DNA of 32,413 bases from Chitinophaga pinensis (GTDB lineage Bacteria > Bacteroidota > Bacteroidia > Chitinophagales > Chitinophagaceae), in the NCBI GenBank assembly GCA_945872805.1, contig CAMCBE010000001.1, positions 1-32,413 on the forward strand, in the 5' to 3' direction. Position numbers and translations under genes: made by a program. Shown here in pieces: positions 27,962 through 32,413 of this stretch. The notes under the pieces are model-generated. The model was given only the letters and a program-made list of their open reading frames with translations. It made no database searches and had not been told where the DNA came from. The first letter of the stretch is position 1; the number at the start of each line of letters is the position of its first letter.

Positions 27962-28626
27962 TATTCCTTTGAGCCAAATTCTTGGACTACTATAACTCGT
28001 TCGCCGTTTTTGTGCGACTTTATAGAAATACCCGTTTCGGTGAAATTAGCTTGAAGGAGATTTTTACGGTGCCCTAATCCATTCACCCCTATATCCAATA
28101 GCAATAACACCAACGAAGCCAATGAACCATCTTTCCCAGCATAAATATTCTCAGCGGCAGATTGACGAAATCCAACAGCTTGAACGCGCATAGCAAAGGT
28201 TCTTCCAGTAGAACTAGTATGGCTTATCCCATCGGCATGCAAAGAAAGATCAAGTGCATGTTCCTTGGCAAGGATGGAAAGTTTAGGGTTTAGCCTAAAA
28301 TAAGGCAATGACCCAATGGTAGATAAATCTGTTTTCAGTGATTTGGCGTTCTGCCCATCAACTTGTGGGAACTGCTTCAAAAATGGGACCAAACAAGCAG
28401 TATAAAATAGGGTTGGGTCTTGTCGGAAATAATTAACCCAGTATAAAAAGCTCAACTCAGCCTCAGATAGACCAAATGGAATGCCTTCACGTTCAACCTG
28501 CTTCCTTAACGCTTGGTCAACGGATAAATGGAGAATAAAGGGTTTATCAGGTAATTCAAATGATGATTGGCCCGATGCAGTCAGTAAAAAGAATAGGCCA
28601 ATAAAAAAAGCAAGACTATGTTTCAC
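27961..28626 (-). CDS. CAP (SCP/Tpx-1/Ag5/PR-1) domain protein, secreted
   Basis: GTG start, signal peptide, H...L....SH, AENI, GHRKNLL...F...G, VQEFG. Confidence 0.82.
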   Translation of the reverse strand: MKHSLAFFIGLFFLLTASGQSSFELPDKPFILHLSVDQALRKQVEREGIPFGLSEAELSFLYWVNYFRQDPTLFYTACLVPFLKQFPQVDGQNAKSLKTDLSTIGSLPYFRLNPKLSILAKEHALDLSLHADGISHTSSTGRTFAMRVQAVGFRQSAAENIYAGKDGSLASLVLLLLDIGVNGLGHRKNLLQANFTETGISIKSHKNGERVIVVQEFGSKE

Positions 28627-28634
28627 GTGAAACT
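28619..28634. other. parS centromere-like site
   Basis: TGTTTCACGTGAAACT, 15/16 match to TGTTTCACGTGAAACA. Confidence 0.88.
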
Positions 28635-28668
28635 ATTTAGGTGAAAAGGAAAGGTGCTGCATCATTTT

Positions 28669-29094
28669 CTATCCAAAATAACGCTTCAATAACTTTTCTT
28701 CCATTGAACGCATGGTTAATTGATCTTCTTTCAACTTGTCTTTATACCCTAACAAATGTAAAAGTCCATGAAAAATAACCCGATGAAGTTCATGATAGAA
28801 AGGGATCGAAAGACTTTTTGCATTATCCTTGACCCTGTCAATACTGATATACAGCTCAGCCTCTAACCTTTTTGGTGTTGGAGATAGATCGAACGTAATG
28901 ATATCTGTAAAAAAATCGTGTCGCAAAAACTGTTTGTTGATCGATAATAGATAATCGTCATCACAGAAAATAACATTCAAGGAATCAATAGGATGCCTAT
29001 TGCCCTGTGCCGTCTTAAGGATAAAGTTTTTCAACTTCGTACGGTCACGCAAAAATGAAACCTCTGTTTGATAAAAAAATGAAACCTCTCCCAT
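28669..29094 (-). CDS. ybeY: rRNA maturation RNase YbeY
   Basis: IN..FL.HD..TDIITF, ELHRVIFHGLLHLLGYKD. Confidence 0.92.
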   Translation of the reverse strand: MGEVSFFYQTEVSFLRDRTKLKNFILKTAQGNRHPIDSLNVIFCDDDYLLSINKQFLRHDFFTDIITFDLSPTPKRLEAELYISIDRVKDNAKSLSIPFYHELHRVIFHGLLHLLGYKDKLKEDQLTMRSMEEKLLKRYFG

Positions 29095-29132
29095 AGAATA
29101 AATAAAAGTACAAGAAATCCATGTAAGCGAAT

Positions 29133-29140
29133 TAGTTTTG
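29133..29140 (+). promoter_or_regulatory. -7 promoter element TAGTTTTG for feoA-nadD
   Basis: Exact TAnnTTTG match 18 nt upstream of the feoA ATG. Confidence 0.55.
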
Positions 29141-29158
29141 CAGTTCTAAGAATTGAAC

Positions 29159-29383
29159 ATGCAGAAAAAATTATCAGAACTTCAAGTTGGCCAAAAAGCA
29201 ATTATCATTTCCCTTGAAGATGAAGAGCTGGTATTAAAATTATTAGAAATGGGATTTATCCCAGGGGAAGACATTACGATGGAACAAATAGCCCCACTCG
29301 GCGATCCAGTTTCAGTGAATATTGCAGGATACCAAGTGAGCCTTCGTATCAATGAAGCTGAAACCATAATGGTAGAAATATAA
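29159..29383 (+). CDS. feoA: FeoA family protein
   Basis: LSEL..G..A.I, KLLEMGFIPG, APLGDPV...GY.VSLR..EA..I.V. ATG at 29159. Confidence 0.88.
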   Translation: MQKKLSELQVGQKAIIISLEDEELVLKLLEMGFIPGEDITMEQIAPLGDPVSVNIAGYQVSLRINEAETIMVEI

Positions 29384-29412
29384 TAGTTTAACTAATTGAT
29401 TTTCAAGTATTT

Positions 29413-30018
29413 ATGAAAATTGGACTATACTTTGGCTCTTTTAATCCTATCCACAATGGGCATTTAATTATTGCCAATTACATCCAACAATACAATGACT
29501 TAGATCAAGTATGGATTGTAGTCTCTCCGCAAAATCCGCATAAAGAGAACCTCACCTTATTAAATGAATACCATAGACTACATCTCGTTAGTCTAGCCGT
29601 TCAAGGTGAGCGACATATTAAAGAAACGGATATCGAATTTCATCTCCCCAAACCATCTTATACTATAGACACATTAACGTATTTGGAAGAAAAATATCCT
29701 CAACATCAGTTTTCAATCATCATGGGAAGTGACTCACTTCAAAATTTGACAAAATGGAAAAGCAGTGATGTAATAATGAAACGATACCCAATATATGTTT
29801 ACGAAAGGCCGGGATATCCTATAAAAATAATCGAGCAAAATAATAATATTATTTTAGCTAAAGCTCCGATGTTAGAAATTTCTGCGTCCATGATTCGATC
29901 TATGATACAGGATGGTAAATCTATTCGATATTTTGTACCAGATTCTGTGAAAGAAGAAATTGATGCGAATAGTTATTATAAAACAACTCCGTTTTCAAAA
30001 GAAAAATCCAAGCACTAA
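29413..30018 (+). CDS. nadD: Nicotinate-nucleotide adenylyltransferase
   Basis: GSFNPIHNGH, SPQNPHK, PSYTIDTL, IMGSD, EISAS.IR. Confidence 0.95.
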   Translation: MKIGLYFGSFNPIHNGHLIIANYIQQYNDLDQVWIVVSPQNPHKENLTLLNEYHRLHLVSLAVQGERHIKETDIEFHLPKPSYTIDTLTYLEEKYPQHQFSIIMGSDSLQNLTKWKSSDVIMKRYPIYVYERPGYPIKIIEQNNNIILAKAPMLEISASMIRSMIQDGKSIRYFVPDSVKEEIDANSYYKTTPFSKEKSKH

Positions 30019-31248
30019 AAAAAACAACGCAATTACAGGTGCTGGTATTTTAGAATACATCAATAAGAAAAAGGTAGTCGAAACTACAGAGAAAAACACA
30101 ATAGAAGATTGAGCAGGGCGATGAAGAAATAGAAGTATGGTATCCTTTGTTAAATAAATAATACTAGCAATCATGATTCCAACAACAGCAGCATTAATTC
30201 CCTGTATTATTTGCTGCAGTACACTGTATCGATGTAGGTTTTGCCAGATTGGATAAAAAAACAAAACTAAAAAACAACTGGGTAGAAAAATAGCAACTGC
30301 ACCAATCAAACAACCCATCAACTGATATTGTGGCCCACGATCACTCATGGCCAACCCACCCACAAATGCAGCTATTGAAAATACAGGGCCAGGAATAGCC
30401 CGCACTAAACCAGCACCAGTAAGAAAATCATTGCGATCAATTTTTATTACATTCTGATTATTCTGCTTGATGTGATCAGATTCAGGACGAACGACATATT
30501 GTTCATACATCATCGGAATTAGTACATCAGCTCCACCAAACACTATGCTTCCGAATCGATAGGTGTTTTCAAATAAATTAAAAGGCGTACGATTTGACCA
30601 CTGTTGTTTTCTAGCTGATTCTGATAAAAACCCGCTAAGAAGAAAAAGGAAAGAAAATACAATGAATAAACTCCAATTTATTTTACGTTTCTTCCAAGGA
30701 ATGGAAACTTCTGAAAGCTTATCAAATAAAAGAGATACCAAGGAGCCAAAAAGTAACATGATCGGAAAAATCCAAGGAGAATTGAAATAATAAAAAGTAG
30801 CCATACTCGAAATACAAACGATGCCTTTTCCAATCTTGGTTTTGATAAATTTTAAACTAATGAATAAAGCATACACTAAAAATCCAATCCCCATGGGTTG
30901 GATGAAACTAAAAAGACCAGAATGTGTTGAAGAAAAATCAAGTGTTACAAAAAAAGATAAAGCCGTCATGATGCTAACGGCTGGAATAATCCAAACCAAT
31001 AAGGTCAGGATGGCCAAGGGAAACCCTCCCCGCTTAAAGCCAATTAATGTTATAGTTTGGGTAGAAGTAGCTCCTGGCATGAGCTGACAAAATGAATTAA
31101 TAACTAATAACTCACCTTGGGTAAGGTCTTTCCTTTTTTCGACAAAAGTGCGTGTTAGCAGAGCAAAATGACCTTGAGGTCCACCGAACGCAGAAATACT
31201 ATGTAAGAAAACTGCTTTTAAAAATGGTATGTGCCGAATGGGTATCAA
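29995..31248 (-). CDS. chrA: Chromate efflux transporter (CHR family)
   Basis: AFGGPQGH, CQLMPGATST, FGSIVFGG..VLIP, RAIPGPVFS, IFLPS; two-domain CHR layout; TTG start. Confidence 0.9.
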   Translation of the reverse strand: MIPIRHIPFLKAVFLHSISAFGGPQGHFALLTRTFVEKRKDLTQGELLVINSFCQLMPGATSTQTITLIGFKRGGFPLAILTLLVWIIPAVSIMTALSFFVTLDFSSTHSGLFSFIQPMGIGFLVYALFISLKFIKTKIGKGIVCISSMATFYYFNSPWIFPIMLLFGSLVSLLFDKLSEVSIPWKKRKINWSLFIVFSFLFLLSGFLSESARKQQWSNRTPFNLFENTYRFGSIVFGGADVLIPMMYEQYVVRPESDHIKQNNQNVIKIDRNDFLTGAGLVRAIPGPVFSIAAFVGGLAMSDRGPQYQLMGCLIGAVAIFLPSCFLVLFFYPIWQNLHRYSVLQQIIQGINAAVVGIMIASIIYLTKDTILLFLHRPAQSSIVFFSVVSTTFFLLMYSKIPAPVIALFFLVLGFFF

Positions 31249-31382
31249 AAAAGGTTCAGAATTAAGCTATCCTAGGGAGACGTTTGAAATTAATAATGCA
31301 ATTATTTAATGCCGATAAAACAAAGAATTTATAAAAATCATCGAATATTGAGGAAATTTTATGACATAAAAAATAATCATGA

Positions 31383-31390
31383 TAACTTCG
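31383..31390 (+). promoter_or_regulatory. -7 promoter-like element TAACTTCG for the DUF3089 gene
   Basis: Same octamer as upstream of mnmG, 50 nt before the ATG at 31441. Confidence 0.4.
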
Positions 31391-31440
31391 CTCTTTGTAA
31401 AAATAACAAAGATTCAATTCAATTCAATACACAGATACGA

Positions 31441-32413
31441 ATGAAAAAAAAGCTAACTAGTTATATTACTATAGGTTGTATATCAGCTATAATAGGTTGT
31501 TCCCCAAAAATAGTATCCTATACTCAAGATAAATCTATTCGTAGTAAAACTGGAATTCCAGATTATAGTCAGCTCAACTATTGGGCTGCTCATCCAAATA
31601 AAGTAGACCCTTCAGACAGTGTACCTCGCCCCTTGAAGAATACTATAAAAGAGAAAAAAGTAGATGTATTTTTTATTCACCCCACTACATTTCTAGAGGA
31701 GAGAGAATATGGCTTAAATAATGCAAGAATTGACAACGACACCATAAACTATCAAACAGATTATACATCAATATTATATCAAGCATCAGTATTTAATGAA
31801 GAGGCGCAAATATATGCTCCCAGGTATAGACAAGCGCACATCAGCATGTATTTTGAAAAAGATAGTACTAAAAAGTATAATGCCTTCAATTTAGCGTATG
31901 AAGATGTGAGAAATGCATTTATCTATTACATAGAACATGAAAATAAAGGTAGACCAATTGTTATTGCATCACATAGTCAAGGTACAACACACAGTACCCG
32001 GTTGATTAAAGAATTTTTTGATGGAAAACCACTAGCAAAACAATTCGTTTGTGGATACCTAATTGGTATGCCAGTTAAAAAGAATCAATATGAAAATATT
32101 GAAGTCTGTAAGGATAGCACGTCAACAGGATGCTTTGTAAGCTGGAGAACGTACCGGGAAGATTTTTCGAGTGAAATAATTAATAGGACAGATACAACAA
32201 TAGCAGTTGTGAATCCAATTATATGGAGATCTACAAATGAAATAGCAAGTAGAAAACTTCAACAAGGAGCCGTTCTCTATAATTTCAATAAAATATATAC
32301 GCATACACAGGGTGCACAAGCAGAAGGAAATGCACTATGGGTTCCCCACCCTAAATTCCCTGGCTCTTTTTTATATAGAGATAAAAACTACCATTCTGGC
32401 GACATCAACCTAT
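31441..32413 (+). CDS. DUF3089 family alpha/beta-hydrolase lipoprotein; 3' end runs off the window
   Basis: Not in the ORF track; hand translation MKKKLTSYITIGCISAIIGC (lipobox), PDYS...WAAHP, DVFFIHPTT, YAPRYRQAH, GRPIVIASHSQG (nucleophile Ser), YHSGDINL. Confidence 0.88.
   Translation, partial: MKKKLTSYITIGCISAIIGCSPKIVSYTQDKSIRSKTGIPDYSQLNYWAAHPNKVDPSDSVPRPLKNTIKEKKVDVFFIHPTTFLEEREYGLNNARIDNDTINYQTDYTSILYQASVFNEEAQIYAPRYRQAHISMYFEKDSTKKYNAFNLAYEDVRNAFIYYIEHENKGRPIVIASHSQGTTHSTRLIKEFFDGKPLAKQFVCGYLIGMPVKKNQYENIEVCKDSTSTGCFVSWRTYREDFSSEIINRTDTTIAVVNPIIWRSTNEIASRKLQQGAVLYNFNKIYTHTQGAQAEGNALWVPHPKFPGSFLYRDKNYHSGDINL

Noticed and set aside
28730-28780. YbeY motif lacking the third His (HGLLHLLGYKD)
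   Set aside because: The GYKD variant is, to my knowledge, usual in Bacteroidota YbeY, so it is not evidence of a pseudogene.
29995-31248. chrA as part of the sulfur system
   Set aside because: It is separated from the operon by several housekeeping genes and I saw no CRP box upstream.
1080-32319. Short antisense or out-of-frame ORFs in the track (e.g. 4783-5256, 10135-10434, 15954-16280, 19395-19727, 23618-23992, 32122-32319)
   Set aside because: They overlap well-supported genes and show no recognisable motifs, so they are treated as shadow ORFs.

Overview
AT-rich chromosomal segment from a Bacteroidota bacterium, probably Chitinophagaceae-like (inferred from gene content and TAnnTTTG-type -7 promoter boxes). 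From left to right it holds: (1) an uncharacterised 'planctomycete-type' envelope cluster (PSCyt/DUF1549/DUF1553 cytochrome lipoprotein, Tat-exported DUF1501 protein, beta-propeller protein, membrane cytochrome c, the last cut by the window edge); (2) iolG, a DUF1684 gene and a GH29 gene; (3) an arginine deiminase-ctlX pair behind a ~225-nt leader with its own promoter, a 27-codon uORF and mutually exclusive RNA stems, which looks like an undescribed ribosome-coupled attenuator; (4) recQ, kdsD, manC and an aminotransferase; (5) a compact seven-gene sulfur operon (TauE, persulfide dioxygenase-rhodanese, two YeeE/YedE proteins, TsdA, a SoxB-like hydrolase, a secreted DsrE) with an adjacent Crp/Fnr gene and CRP box, and no SoxYZ/AX in the window; (6) mnmG, a CAP gene bracketed by two parS sites, ybeY, feoA, nadD, chrA and a partial DUF3089 gene. 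I saw no tRNA, rRNA, CRISPR array or mobile element. All calls come from reading motifs by eye; no searches or folding programs were run.
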